A program made the position numbers and the translations under genes. Source: a virus (Duplodnaviria; Caudoviricetes). Taken from it: a stretch of DNA of 62,056 nt. A model generated the notes under the pieces. It was not told the DNA's origin. It ran no database searches and saw nothing but the letters and a program-made list of their open reading frames with translations. This document shows positions 1 through 10,001 of this stretch, in pieces. The stretch covers positions 1-62,056 of IMG/VR virus record IMGVR_UViG_3300012920_000038; one strand, given 5' to 3'. Numbering within the stretch: position 1 is the first letter of the stretch; the number at the start of each line of letters is the position of its first letter.

Positions 1-1
1 G

Positions 2-439
2 AAGTCGAAGAACGCACACTATGTGAGCGGCAAAGATTTGTTGCAGCAAATAACCGACTATTACAACATGGATGTTGAAGATACAATTCCAGATATTTTA
101 GGTGAGAATATTTACAAGATTGCACGCGGATTGTCTTTTGCACCCAACTTCATCAATTATTCATACAAGGATGACATGATTGGTGATGCTATTGTGAAGA
201 TGTTTTCCGCGCTGCAGCAACGAAAATTCAAGATAGATTCTGGATACAATCCATTTTCATATTTCACAACAATAGCATATCATGCGTTCATAAACAGGAT
301 CAAAAAGGAAAAGAAGCATCGTGAAGCTTTGTCTGAATATCAAGAGACAGTGTATGACGAGTTGCTAGGTTCTGATTATAACGAAGCAAGCGAGCAACCA
401 AACTACACGAATCAGTACGCGAACGAGGCGGATGAGTAA
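2..439 (+). CDS. gp55: T4 gp55-like late-transcription sigma factor (5'-partial; frame open to window start)
   Basis: The frame continues upstream of the GTG at 23 (KSKNAHYVSGKD). It contains gp55 signatures PNFINYSYKDDMIGDA and NPFSYFTTIAYHAFINRIKKEKK and lies immediately upstream of gp47/gp46. Confidence 0.9.
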   Translation, partial: KSKNAHYVSGKDLLQQITDYYNMDVEDTIPDILGENIYKIARGLSFAPNFINYSYKDDMIGDAIVKMFSALQQRKFKIDSGYNPFSYFTTIAYHAFINRIKKEKKHREALSEYQETVYDELLGSDYNEASEQPNYTNQYANEADE

Positions 440-1487
440 AAGTTTTCAATTCACACAATCGCGTGTGTGTTGTGTATCTGATATACATGTGGGTGTGCAT
501 CAAAATGGGGCGATGTGGCATGAGATAACCATGCAGTGGGCCAGGTGGTTACGTGAAGAGCTTGTGAAGGCTGATATACATGACATTATAATTTGCGGTG
601 ATCTGTTTCATTATAGAGATGAAATAGCTGTAAACACCATACAAGTGGTGACAGAGATGCTAGACATGTGGAGAGAATTCAATATTATAGTACTAGTCGG
701 TAACCATGACGCATATTATAAAGATCGTTCAGATGTTAATTCTTTGTCGATATTGAGAGGTTGGGAAAACATAACTGTGATTGACAAATTGACTCAGATT
801 AACAATTTTGATCGTGATTTTTTGTTCTGCCCTTGGGGTACCAGAAGTCATGAGCTGACCAAGAACGATATCATTTTCGGTCATTTTGAAATTGAATCAT
901 TCAAGATGAATCATTTCAAAGTGTGTACGGAAGGTATAAAAACAAAGGACCTGTTGTCTAAAACCGACCTAGTTATAACCGGTCATTTTCATCATATGGA
1001 TGAACGCGTGTATAAAAATGGTACAATATTGTATCTAGGCAATCCATTTCAGATGGATTTTGGTGACACAGAAACCAAGAAAGGATATTATATTTTAGAT
1101 TTAGAGACCAACAAATATGATTTTCATGAGAATAAACTCTCACCAAAACATAACAAGGTCAAGCTGTCTGATCTGACACGTGCTGGTACCATCAACAAGC
1201 CGATGGTAAGAAAGATTAAAAACAACATTGTGAAATTTATCATAGATAAAAACATCATGCCAGACGAGGCTGACTATGTTGTGAGACAGTTGATCAAACA
1301 TGAACCTAAAACCTTCAATGTTGACTATGCGATCAACTTTAACAAATTCAATGAAGCTGGTGAAGATTATGATCTCTCAGGATTTGATATATCAACAGCC
1401 ATTGAGGAATTCGTAACATTATTAGAGATTGAGAATAGAGAAGATGTGATCAATCATACAATTGATCTATACAAAAGATGTAAATGA
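432..1487 (+). CDS. gp47: Recombination endonuclease subunit, Mre11/SbcD-like metallophosphoesterase
   Basis: Phosphoesterase motifs DIHVG, GDLFH, LVGNHD, GHFE and TGHFH; paired with a Rad50-like ORF. Confidence 0.93.
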   Translation: MSKSFQFTQSRVCCVSDIHVGVHQNGAMWHEITMQWARWLREELVKADIHDIIICGDLFHYRDEIAVNTIQVVTEMLDMWREFNIIVLVGNHDAYYKDRSDVNSLSILRGWENITVIDKLTQINNFDRDFLFCPWGTRSHELTKNDIIFGHFEIESFKMNHFKVCTEGIKTKDLLSKTDLVITGHFHHMDERVYKNGTILYLGNPFQMDFGDTETKKGYYILDLETNKYDFHENKLSPKHNKVKLSDLTRAGTINKPMVRKIKNNIVKFIIDKNIMPDEADYVVRQLIKHEPKTFNVDYAINFNKFNEAGEDYDLSGFDISTAIEEFVTLLEIENREDVINHTIDLYKRCK

Positions 1488-3298
1488 AATTTATAAAATT
1501 TGATAAACTAACAATAAAGAACTTTTTGTCGGTAGGTGAAGAGCCTGTCAATGTGACTTTTGATACTGGTATCAATGTGATCACTGGCATCAATCGTGAT
1601 AAGGATGATCGTAGAAATGGTGTCGGGAAAAGCACAGTTGCAGATGCTATTTACTTCACGGTGTTTGGTACAACATTACGAGAGATCAAGAAAGAGAATA
1701 TCTCAAACAACGCGTCAACAGGTCAAACAGAAACATGTGTTGAGTTGACCGTGATCGAGAATCAACGCGAGACAAAATACAGCATAACACGATTGCTCAA
1801 TCCGTCAAAATGTTACATCTACAAAGACGGTGTTGACAAAACGAGAGACTCGATAGCCAACACAAGCAAATACATTTCTGATATAATATGTAGTAGCCCG
1901 GAAGTTTTTCAAAATTGTATCATAATGACCTTGAACAACACGATACCGTTCATGGCTCAAAAGAAAACAGAAAAGAGAAAATTTATCGAGGGTATTTTGA
2001 ACTTGCAGGTGTTCGGTGACATGTTACAACATGCCAAAAGCGAGTATAATGAAGTCGCGAAACAACTTGATGTTGAATGTGCTAAATACGAGACAACATC
2101 GAATCAAATTGAATCACTGAACAAGCAGAAACAACAACAAGAACAAGCTGCGCGTGAGCAAACCGCTAAATTGGAATCTCGGAAAAAACAAAACGTTGAC
2201 GAGATACAAAAACTCAAAGACCGGTCGAAAATCACAATAACAAAAAGCGTGTCAGAATATCGGAAAAATATTGAAAACGCTCAAAAGAATATCGCGCTAT
2301 GTGACGAGAAGCACACCAACCTAATAACAAAAATTTCGAGAACCAAAACAAAAAATGAACACTTGAGCAACACGATATCAAAAATCATAACAGGTGAGAC
2401 AACCTGCCCGGCATGTTTTCGACCACTTGCGGAACATGACAAGCAAATGATCGAGAATGAAAAAAAGGAATTATCAAAACAAATTGACGACAATAAGATT
2501 CAATTGAACGAGATGGCTGACAAGCTGAAGACCGTGTCTGGAATACGCAGCGAGTTACAAAAATCGATCAACGAGAATGAAAAGACGATCAATCGACAAA
2601 AGATAGAAATAAAAGAAAAAGACAATCTATTGAAACGCATCAATCAACTCGAACAACTCAACACAGAAATTGAACATGATATGAAGGATGTGTCAACCAA
2701 CAAGACATCATTTGACAATATCATAAACGAGATGACCGATAGATTGAAAGCTATACAAGTTGTTATAGATGAACATAAGAAGATTATTAACAAGTTAGAT
2801 ATTGTTAAATTTGTTGTATCAGAGGAAGGAGTCCGGTCTTATATAGTAAAGAAAATACTACAATTGCTGAACGGGAAGTTGGCCTATTATTTGAAAAAGA
2901 TGGATGCAAACTGTATGTGTGTGTTCAATGAATATTTTGAGGAACAGATAATCGATGAAAAAGGTAAAATATGCTCATATCATAATTTCAGTGGAGCCGA
3001 GAGAAAAAATATAGACCTGGCATGCTTGTTTGCTTTCATGGATATCAGACGATTGCAAGGTGACGTAGCATTTAATTTTAGTGTGTATGATGAGCTGTTG
3101 GATTCTAGTCTTGATGAACGCGGTATTGATCTTGTTTTAGATATCCTGAGAGAGCGAGTAGAAAAGTATAATGAATGTGTGATGGTAATATCACATAGAA
3201 AAGAGAGTGTCAAATTTGCAACAAATGAAATTATATTTCTAGAGAAAGTTAATGGTATCACGAGACGAGTCGCACCTGATGCAGGTATAGATAAGTAG
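1484..3298 (+). CDS. gp46: Recombination endonuclease subunit, Rad50/SbcC-like ABC ATPase
   Basis: Walker A NGVGKST, long coiled coil with CPAC zinc hook, signature FSGAE, Walker B VYDE, H-loop VISH. Confidence 0.95.
   Translation: MKFIKFDKLTIKNFLSVGEEPVNVTFDTGINVITGINRDKDDRRNGVGKSTVADAIYFTVFGTTLREIKKENISNNASTGQTETCVELTVIENQRETKYSITRLLNPSKCYIYKDGVDKTRDSIANTSKYISDIICSSPEVFQNCIIMTLNNTIPFMAQKKTEKRKFIEGILNLQVFGDMLQHAKSEYNEVAKQLDVECAKYETTSNQIESLNKQKQQQEQAAREQTAKLESRKKQNVDEIQKLKDRSKITITKSVSEYRKNIENAQKNIALCDEKHTNLITKISRTKTKNEHLSNTISKIITGETTCPACFRPLAEHDKQMIENEKKELSKQIDDNKIQLNEMADKLKTVSGIRSELQKSINENEKTINRQKIEIKEKDNLLKRINQLEQLNTEIEHDMKDVSTNKTSFDNIINEMTDRLKAIQVVIDEHKKIINKLDIVKFVVSEEGVRSYIVKKILQLLNGKLAYYLKKMDANCMCVFNEYFEEQIIDEKGKICSYHNFSGAERKNIDLACLFAFMDIRRLQGDVAFNFSVYDELLDSSLDERGIDLVLDILRERVEKYNECVMVISHRKESVKFATNEIIFLEKVNGITRRVAPDAGIDK
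3291..3297 (+). promoter_or_regulatory. Late promoter-like motif ATAAGTA
   Basis: Lies 6 nt upstream of ATG 3304; the same motif and spacing recur at many gene starts. Confidence 0.55.
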
Positions 3299-3303
3299 AT
3301 ATT

Positions 3304-4518
3304 ATGCTGATCAACAAAATAGGTACCGTGCCAGGTGGTAATGTTCCGCAATCGTTCACTCAATCTTTCATCTCGAGCAAGTCAACCCAACAAAAACAAC
3401 CAGTCAAACCGAAAGCAGATCAGAAGCGCGGATTGAATTATTATGCGGATTTTAGCGGGTGTGGCCATTGGAGAATGATCTGGCCGGAAACAGTACTAAA
3501 TGCATATCAACAATGCGTAGTGCACGGTTCAACATCCATGTTATTAGATCCAAGCATATATGAGCATGTTGATACGGTCCGGATACAGAGACAAGCCAGT
3601 CCGACACAATTAACATTTGTTAAACATCTGAAAAGCATACAGAAAAAACATCCGTTCAATTTGATATATGAGATTGATGACGTGCTGTTTCATGAGGATA
3701 TCCCCGATTATAATAAGTTTAAGAAAGCATTTGTACCAGACGATATACGAGTGAGTGCACAAGAGATAATCGAGCTATGCGATGAAGTCACAGTCACATG
3801 CGATTACATGAAAGAATATTTCAAGTCAAAAACAAACAACAAAAATGTGACCGTGATACCTAATTATATTCCTAGATTCTGGATGGATAGGTATTATGAT
3901 GAGAAGCAAAAGACGATTGAATATGACAAAAATGTTAAGAAGAAGCGTCGTCCAAGAGTGCTATGGAGCGGTTCCGGTGCACACTTTGACACAACGGGTG
4001 CAGGTTATGACGACTTCTCACATGTTGTTGATGTTGTCAAAAAAACACTCAAGAAATATCAATGGGTGTTCATGGGTGCAGTACCAAGAGCATTAGCTCA
4101 GCATGTCAAGTCCGGTGAAATTGAATTTCATAACTGGGTTCCTATACTCGACTATCCTCGTGCGGTGCATAAATTGAACGCTACTGTCGCTGTCGCTCCG
4201 TTACATGACAACCCGTTCAACAATTCCAAAAGCGACTTGAAATATATTGAAGCTGGTGCATTGGGTACCCCGGTCGTTTGTCAAGACATGCACACATACA
4301 AGAATACACCATTGGTGTTTCGGACAGGTGATGAGCTTGTAGATCAAATTGATAATGTTGTCCGGTCAAAAAATGATTATATGAAATGGGTTCGAAGATT
4401 TCGTTCCGGTGTGGAGTCAAGATGGCTAGAGGATAATGTAGATGTGTATAGTGAGCTGTACAGCTTACCACATGGTGATCCTCGAAGACAAAAAATTTCA
4501 AATTTGAATTGCATTTAA
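3304..4518 (+). CDS. Glycosyltransferase (GT-B, GT4-like)
   Basis: SGCGHWRMIWP, YEIDDVLF, VTVIPN, VLWSGSGAH and the C-terminal VAPLHDNPFNNSKSDLKYIEAGALGTPVV motif typical of phage GT-B enzymes. Confidence 0.82.
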   Translation: MLINKIGTVPGGNVPQSFTQSFISSKSTQQKQPVKPKADQKRGLNYYADFSGCGHWRMIWPETVLNAYQQCVVHGSTSMLLDPSIYEHVDTVRIQRQASPTQLTFVKHLKSIQKKHPFNLIYEIDDVLFHEDIPDYNKFKKAFVPDDIRVSAQEIIELCDEVTVTCDYMKEYFKSKTNNKNVTVIPNYIPRFWMDRYYDEKQKTIEYDKNVKKKRRPRVLWSGSGAHFDTTGAGYDDFSHVVDVVKKTLKKYQWVFMGAVPRALAQHVKSGEIEFHNWVPILDYPRAVHKLNATVAVAPLHDNPFNNSKSDLKYIEAGALGTPVVCQDMHTYKNTPLVFRTGDELVDQIDNVVRSKNDYMKWVRRFRSGVESRWLEDNVDVYSELYSLPHGDPRRQKISNLNCI

Positions 4519-4536
4519 CTGATCATATACTATAAT
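4509..4536 (+). promoter_or_regulatory. sigma70-type promoter TTGCAT-N16-TATAAT
   Basis: -35 at 4509-4514, -10 at 4531-4536, ATG 4543 six nt later. Confidence 0.7.
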
Positions 4537-4542
4537 GAGTGT

Positions 4543-4920
4543 ATGAGTTTTGAGTTGTCTGATATATTACAATTAGTTGTGGGTGTATCTATCATGTACA
4601 TATGGATTTTACGCACCACAAAAACAACAGCATTTCGGGTCGGTGATGCTACAACATTACAGCAGGAGTTTACAGAAGCCGGTTTTCCAGATTGGTTGTA
4701 TGATATCATGCGTATAATTAAACCTATATTTGCATTCTTGTTGGTCATAGGTATAACATACAAGCCGTTCTTTTTACCTTGCATGATATTTACAACAGCG
4801 TTTATGGTTGGTGCAGTGTATGCACATGTTAAAGTAAGAGACAGTTTGTTCAAGATGATACCAGCGGTGTCATTGTTGATGTTTTGCTTTATTATCTTCA
4901 CATGCCCGAGCAAATGGTAA
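4543..4920 (+). CDS. DoxX-like membrane protein
   Basis: About four hydrophobic segments; EFTEAGFPDW and FMVGAVYAHVKVRD resemble DoxX-family motifs. Confidence 0.7.
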   Translation: MSFELSDILQLVVGVSIMYIWILRTTKTTAFRVGDATTLQQEFTEAGFPDWLYDIMRIIKPIFAFLLVIGITYKPFFLPCMIFTTAFMVGAVYAHVKVRDSLFKMIPAVSLLMFCFIIFTCPSKW

Positions 4921-4926
4921 GCGGTA

Positions 4927-7500
4927 ATGTATAGAAATCTAACATACGATTCTAGAGAACAGACTGTACAAATAGGTACATGGGATGATGATGGTAATCC
5001 CATTGATGTAACATGCAGTTACGAGCCGTATTTATATGTCGAAACGAAACAAAAAACACCATACAAATCGCTACATGGTACATATCTAGAGAAAAAGGTG
5101 TTTCGTAGCACATCACATCGTAATCGCTTTGTTAACGAAACCGGTATAACACGATTGTTTGAGAACCTCAAATGGGATCAACAATTTTTAATCGATAGAT
5201 ATGCAGGTATAAATGATGATTTCAAATTTTCGAAACATCCATTGCGTGTTTATTTTTTCGATATTGAGACATACAGCCCGGACGGATTTCCGGTGCCAGA
5301 TCAAGCGAGTGACACAGTTAATGTGATCACAATATATGACACGTTGCTCAAAAAATTTATCACCTGGGGATTAACACCACTAGACAATCAAATAGACAAT
5401 TGTGACTATGTGCACTGTGAGAGTGAAATTGATTTGCTAGATAGGTTCACTATGTACATGAAAGTTAATCCTCCTGATATATTGTCTGGATGGAACAGTG
5501 AGTTTTTCGACATACCTTATATAATAAATAGAATCGCTCGAGTGCTAGATGAAGATCATGTGAGGCGATTGAGTCCAGTAGGTAATGTATACTCAAGATT
5601 AATACAAGCGAAATTTGGCAAGGAGCAAAACAAGTGGTACATCGAAGGATTAGCTTGTATCGACTTTTTAGACATCTACAAAAAATTCTCTGTAGGTTTG
5701 CGTGAATCTTACAAACTTGACGCGATTGGTGAGCATGAACTGGAAGAGAGAAAGATTGATTACGGTAACATGGATCTGAGCGAGCTGGCAGACAATGATT
5801 GGCAGACATTTGTGGAATACAATGTTCAAGACGTAAATCTACTTGTGCGTTTAGAAGACAAGTTGAGATATTTGGAACTGTTACGCATGTTAGCATATAC
5901 TGGGTTAACAACTCTTGAAGGAGCGATGGGTACACTGCAAGTGATCACTGGTGCTTCTGTGATCAAAGCTAGAGAGAAAAAACGTATCATTCCAACCTTC
6001 AGAAAAGACAGTATCATCAACTCAAAATATGAGGGTGCATATGTAGGAGAACCGGTCCGAGGTTTTCAAGACGATATATTGTCATTTGATGCTAATAGTC
6101 TATACCCAAACACCATGATATCACTCAATTTGTCGCCAGAAACAAAGGTCGGTAAGATTGTTGATACAGATGACACACATGTCACATTGAAGCTCATCAA
6201 TGACGAGGTGCTACAAATCACACATCAAAAATTTGCTGAATTTATTGACAAACACAAAATAGCAGTTTCAAAAGCCAAAGTGCTGTTTAGTCAACTTGAA
6301 AAAGGCATCATGCCAGAGATTGTTGATCGAGTGTATCAACAGCGTGTCGAGATCAAGAAAGAACACAAGGCGATCAAGACTAAAATGCAAGGCATGAAAA
6401 AGACAGACCCGGAGTATGCAGGATTGAGCAAAAAGCTAGCACAGCTAGACATCAAGCAATTCACGTTGAAAATTCTGATCAACACTGTGTATGGGTATTT
6501 TGGTAACAAGCATGCTCCCATGGGAGACCCTGATATCGCACGTAGTATAACACTGACCGGTCAGGCTGTTATCAAACAATCAAACAAGATACTGTCTGAG
6601 TATGTAAGAGACGTATGCAATATCGATGATGAGAAATACACACCTGTTGTGTACAATGATACAGATTCAAGCTACATAACCATCTCAAAATTGATGGAGC
6701 ATTACAACGAACCATTCAGTGTCGATAACAAAGTGACCGATCGCGCACATAAAGTAGCACAAGACATTGAGAATCACTTGAATGTTGAGATCACTAAATG
6801 GGGCAAACGTGTGCTGAACAGCAACGACTGTCGATTCGTGTTTAAAAGAGAAGCGATGGCAGATGTTGGTATTTTCATTGCGAAAAAAAGATATGTGTTA
6901 CATGTGTTGGATGATGAGGGTTTTGCTTGTGACAAATACAAATATACCGGTGTTGAAATTGTACGTACCACGTTACCCAAAGCGCTCAAACCGTATATTA
7001 TGAAAATTGTCGAGACCATGCTCTCAACGAAGAATCGACAATTGACTAATGACACATTCATCGAAACCTATGACAAGTTCAAATCACTACCTGTTGAGGA
7101 TATAGCGTTTGTGATGGGTGCCAAAGAGTATGAAAAGTATGCTGATCGTTGTTCAGGTTTCACATTTGTCAAAGGCATGCCAATCCATATCAAATCATCA
7201 TACGTGTACAATCAAATGCTTGATAAATACAACTTGACTGACAAATATGAATCAATTGGTAGCGGTGACAAGATTAGATATTTTTATGTGATGCAACCAA
7301 ACAAATATGGGATCAACACCATGGGATACAAATACTATTACCCTGAAGAATTCAACAAAGATTTCAAGCCTGATGTAGAGAAAATGTTTGATAAGATTGT
7401 GTATAGTATAATTGAGCGTTTTTATGAAGCTGTCAATTGGAAGTTGAGAAGACCAGGCATGCAGGTACAAACCGACTTATTTGAGCTACTAGCAGTATGA
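4927..7500 (+). CDS. gp43: Family B DNA polymerase
   Basis: Exonuclease motifs FDIET, GWNSEFFDIPY and YNVQD; polymerase motifs SFDANSLYP, KILINTVYGYFG, YNDTDS and KKRY. Confidence 0.97.
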   Translation: MYRNLTYDSREQTVQIGTWDDDGNPIDVTCSYEPYLYVETKQKTPYKSLHGTYLEKKVFRSTSHRNRFVNETGITRLFENLKWDQQFLIDRYAGINDDFKFSKHPLRVYFFDIETYSPDGFPVPDQASDTVNVITIYDTLLKKFITWGLTPLDNQIDNCDYVHCESEIDLLDRFTMYMKVNPPDILSGWNSEFFDIPYIINRIARVLDEDHVRRLSPVGNVYSRLIQAKFGKEQNKWYIEGLACIDFLDIYKKFSVGLRESYKLDAIGEHELEERKIDYGNMDLSELADNDWQTFVEYNVQDVNLLVRLEDKLRYLELLRMLAYTGLTTLEGAMGTLQVITGASVIKAREKKRIIPTFRKDSIINSKYEGAYVGEPVRGFQDDILSFDANSLYPNTMISLNLSPETKVGKIVDTDDTHVTLKLINDEVLQITHQKFAEFIDKHKIAVSKAKVLFSQLEKGIMPEIVDRVYQQRVEIKKEHKAIKTKMQGMKKTDPEYAGLSKKLAQLDIKQFTLKILINTVYGYFGNKHAPMGDPDIARSITLTGQAVIKQSNKILSEYVRDVCNIDDEKYTPVVYNDTDSSYITISKLMEHYNEPFSVDNKVTDRAHKVAQDIENHLNVEITKWGKRVLNSNDCRFVFKREAMADVGIFIAKKRYVLHVLDDEGFACDKYKYTGVEIVRTTLPKALKPYIMKIVETMLSTKNRQLTNDTFIETYDKFKSLPVEDIAFVMGAKEYEKYADRCSGFTFVKGMPIHIKSSYVYNQMLDKYNLTDKYESIGSGDKIRYFYVMQPNKYGINTMGYKYYYPEEFNKDFKPDVEKMFDKIVYSIIERFYEAVNWKLRRPGMQVQTDLFELLAV

Positions 7501-7558
7501 AAAACTACATGAGACGGCTTATTTGAGCTACTAGCAGCATAAATAACTACATGAGACG
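7476..7558 (+). repeat. Tandem direct repeat, 2 x 41 bp (period 42, 38/41 identical)
   Basis: cttatttgagctactagcagtatgaaaaactacatgagacg (7476-7516) versus cttatttgagctactagcagcataaataactacatgagacg (7518-7558). Confidence 0.95.
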
Positions 7559-8237
7559 CTTTGACGAAAAGATACAACAAATTGAGACACAACTGAATGA
7601 AAACCCAAGAGGTATACAAGATGTTAAAAGAAGACGTAGAGTAGCAAATGACTCTGGCAACAAAATAAAAATACAGGATGTACCTAAACGTTTTGGTGGT
7701 TATCTAAAAAACCAAATGGATGGTGCTGTAGATTTAGTGCAACACGGACCGAAAAAACTTTTGAACAAAGGTAAAGAAATAGGTAAGGATGTTATAGGCA
7801 CTGTCACGGGACTACCGGGTGCAGTAACAAGTGTAGCAAAGGATTTATCACAAATGAAACTAGGTAAACCGAGCCTAAATATAAATCCAAAAAATATTGC
7901 TTCTGGCATGTCAAATACCATCGCAAAATATGCTGATGCAGGTGTCAATAAACTCAAAGGCGCAACAGATAGTCTGGCAGGTACATTAGACTCAATTGGC
8001 TCCGGAGAACAAATGGTTAACAGTGGTATAATTGACGGGAAGAAAACTTCAGTTTTAAATAAAGCACAAGACACAGTATCAAAATCACTAGCTGCAGCTG
8101 ATCATTTCAATCCAAAGAGCTTACCTAAAAATTTAGCTGTACAAGCCATGACAGACACCGCTGTGAATAGTCTGGTGCCAAAACAAAAGACACGGCCTGC
8201 AACCAAAGACATGAGATCAACCAAACCTTCGTTATAA
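7551..8237 (+). CDS. Hypothetical basic protein with late promoter (possible head internal protein)
   Basis: 228-aa ORF with ATAAATA at 7539-7545, five nt upstream; K/G/A-rich. Confidence 0.7.
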   Translation: MRRFDEKIQQIETQLNENPRGIQDVKRRRRVANDSGNKIKIQDVPKRFGGYLKNQMDGAVDLVQHGPKKLLNKGKEIGKDVIGTVTGLPGAVTSVAKDLSQMKLGKPSLNINPKNIASGMSNTIAKYADAGVNKLKGATDSLAGTLDSIGSGEQMVNSGIIDGKKTSVLNKAQDTVSKSLAAADHFNPKSLPKNLAVQAMTDTAVNSLVPKQKTRPATKDMRSTKPSL

Positions 8238-8245
8238 AAATATAG

Positions 8246-8273
8246 TTGACTTCTGAGAAACATACTATAATAT
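8246..8273 (+). promoter_or_regulatory. sigma70-type promoter TTGACT-N16-TAATAT (overlapping TATAAT at 8266-8271)
   Basis: -35 at 8246-8251; ATG 8280 lies six nt after TAATAT. Confidence 0.7.
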
Positions 8274-8279
8274 ATTAGT

Positions 8280-8660
8280 ATGAGCAACAAAGTTACTTCA
8301 TTTGTAGATAGTGTTGGGCGCGTCATTGTAGCACGTGCAGTTGATGACAAAACTACCGACGACAAGCTCGCGGTGACCAACCCGTCTGTCGTTAATGTCA
8401 ATGTAAATCAGGAATCCGGACAAATTTCCGTGCAATTGTTACCTTACATCTTCCGAGAGTTTATCGCGGCAGAATCCCGGTATGACAAGCACGTCTGGTT
8501 TTTCAACACGAGTCAAATCACCACGTGTGAAGATTTCAAGATCGACTCAGCAGTTGAGAATCAGTACATCGGAATTTTTGAGACCGAACCAGCACCACCT
8601 GCTGAGGAGGCTTCGGAACCTGTTGAAGCTTTTGACGACAAATCTGAAGCTTCAGAATAA
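8280..8660 (+). CDS. Hypothetical protein (beta-rich core, acidic tail; possibly Sm-like fold)
   Basis: 126-aa ORF bracketed by its own promoter and terminator; the fold guess is weak. Confidence 0.7.
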   Translation: MSNKVTSFVDSVGRVIVARAVDDKTTDDKLAVTNPSVVNVNVNQESGQISVQLLPYIFREFIAAESRYDKHVWFFNTSQITTCEDFKIDSAVENQYIGIFETEPAPPAEEASEPVEAFDDKSEASE

Positions 8661-8685
8661 TCAACACATCAAACACTATAACAAG

Positions 8686-8710
8686 CCTGCTAGCAATAGC
8701 AGGTTTTTTT
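8686..8710 (+). terminator. Rho-independent terminator
   Basis: Hairpin cctgcta-gcaa-tagcagg (GNRA loop) followed by T7. Confidence 0.9.
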
Positions 8711-8712
8711 AT

Positions 8713-8740
8713 TTGCATATCTCCAGACATACTCTATAAT
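8713..8740 (+). promoter_or_regulatory. sigma70-type promoter TTGCAT-N16-TATAAT
   Basis: Immediately after the terminator and 8 nt upstream of the uvsX ATG at 8749. Confidence 0.7.
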
Positions 8741-8748
8741 ATACGCAT

Positions 8749-9813
8749 ATGACGACTATAGAAAAAGATGTATTGAAAATATTTGACAAGCTTGACAAAC
8801 TGAATCCAGAAGCAAAATTTCTATCTGAATCTGCACTGTCAAGTGTGACAGAGTGGCATGACACCGGTTGCATGGTGCTCAATGCTGTTGTGTCTGGTAG
8901 TTTGTATGGTGGTTTACCCAAAGGTCGTATTGTAGGATTTGCAGGGCCTTCCCAAGCCGGTAAGACATACATCACAAACAAAATTCTAGCCAAGGCGCAA
9001 CAACAAGGAATGATTCCAGTGATCTTTGACACTGAGATGGCTGTTGATGAAGCTGCATGTGCAAGCGTGGGATTGGACTCGTCAAAAGTCAAGTATGTAC
9101 CTGTACAGACAGTTGAAGATTGCCGTAACCAGCTAGTCGCATTCCTTGACAGTATTGTCGAAGCCGGTGCACAAGGAAAATTTATCATATGCATAGACTC
9201 TCTGGGTAATCTAGCATCTCAAAAAGAAATCGATGATGTAGAAAAAGGCAAAACAGCAATGGACATGGGCACACGAGCCAAAGGATTGAAGAGCATGATG
9301 AGAACATTGACGTTCAAAGCAGCACATGCTAACACGACAATAATGTTCGTGAACCACACTTATGATGACCCGGCTGCAATGTTTCCTACATTGGTCAAAC
9401 AACAATCAGGTGGCAAAGGTCCGATTTACTTAGCAAGTGTGTTGGTGCAATTAGCGAAACGAGATGAAAAGCAAGACAAGAACAACGAAGAAGATGAAAT
9501 GTTACCGGATGCAAACAAGTACAGTGGTGTGACATTACGAGCACTTACTGTCAAGAACAGATTCATTCCTCCGTTTCTTGAGACTGAGATGTACCTGAAT
9601 TTCAAAACCGGATTGGACAAGTACTCTGGTTTGAGAGAGATGGCCATTAATCACGGTGCACTCATACAAAATGGTAGCACATACAGTTTACCCGGTGACG
9701 GTGGTAAGCTAGGCTACTTTAAAAATTGGTGTAAGAACACAGAAATTTGGGATGAAAAAATTCTCCCGGTGCTTGAAGAGAAGTTACAACAAGCTTTTAG
9801 ATACGGTAGTTAA
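8749..9813 (+). CDS. uvsX: RecA-like recombinase UvsX
   Basis: DTGCMVLNAVVSGSLYGGLP, Walker A GPSQAGKT, FDTE, IDSLGNL, MFVNHTY, SGGKG and KNRF. Confidence 0.95.
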   Translation: MTTIEKDVLKIFDKLDKLNPEAKFLSESALSSVTEWHDTGCMVLNAVVSGSLYGGLPKGRIVGFAGPSQAGKTYITNKILAKAQQQGMIPVIFDTEMAVDEAACASVGLDSSKVKYVPVQTVEDCRNQLVAFLDSIVEAGAQGKFIICIDSLGNLASQKEIDDVEKGKTAMDMGTRAKGLKSMMRTLTFKAAHANTTIMFVNHTYDDPAAMFPTLVKQQSGGKGPIYLASVLVQLAKRDEKQDKNNEEDEMLPDANKYSGVTLRALTVKNRFIPPFLETEMYLNFKTGLDKYSGLREMAINHGALIQNGSTYSLPGDGGKLGYFKNWCKNTEIWDEKILPVLEEKLQQAFRYGS

Positions 9814-10001
9814 TTCTCCGCGCCTGGTTTTTTTACATCTTCAACTTTGACTAAACCTTTGCGAACAAACTGTCCGGAGCTAGGGCAAATCCAATGTGCC
9901 TCAGTGTACAATTTACCGAGATACTCACGTGTTCTAAGTCTGGGTCTGATTAAATCACCTGTGTATGGTGATCGTATAGGTTGTGGGTTAACAAAGTCCA
10001 T
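9810..10001 (-). CDS. Small hypothetical protein (late promoter)
   Basis: Fills the gap between uvsX and queC; TAAATA five nt upstream on the minus strand; SPYTG...CPSSG pattern. Confidence 0.7.
   Translation of the reverse strand: MDFVNPQPIRSPYTGDLIRPRLRTREYLGKLYTEAHWICPSSGQFVRKGLVKVEDVKKPGAEN

Noticed and set aside
4530-5003. 157-aa minus-strand ORF over the DoxX gene
   Set aside because: The plus-strand ORF has the promoter, family motifs and operon context; this one is a shadow.
7476-7558. Possible mini-CRISPR or attachment site
   Set aside because: There are only two adjacent copies separated by 1 nt, with no spacer and no integrase in the window; kept as a tandem duplication.
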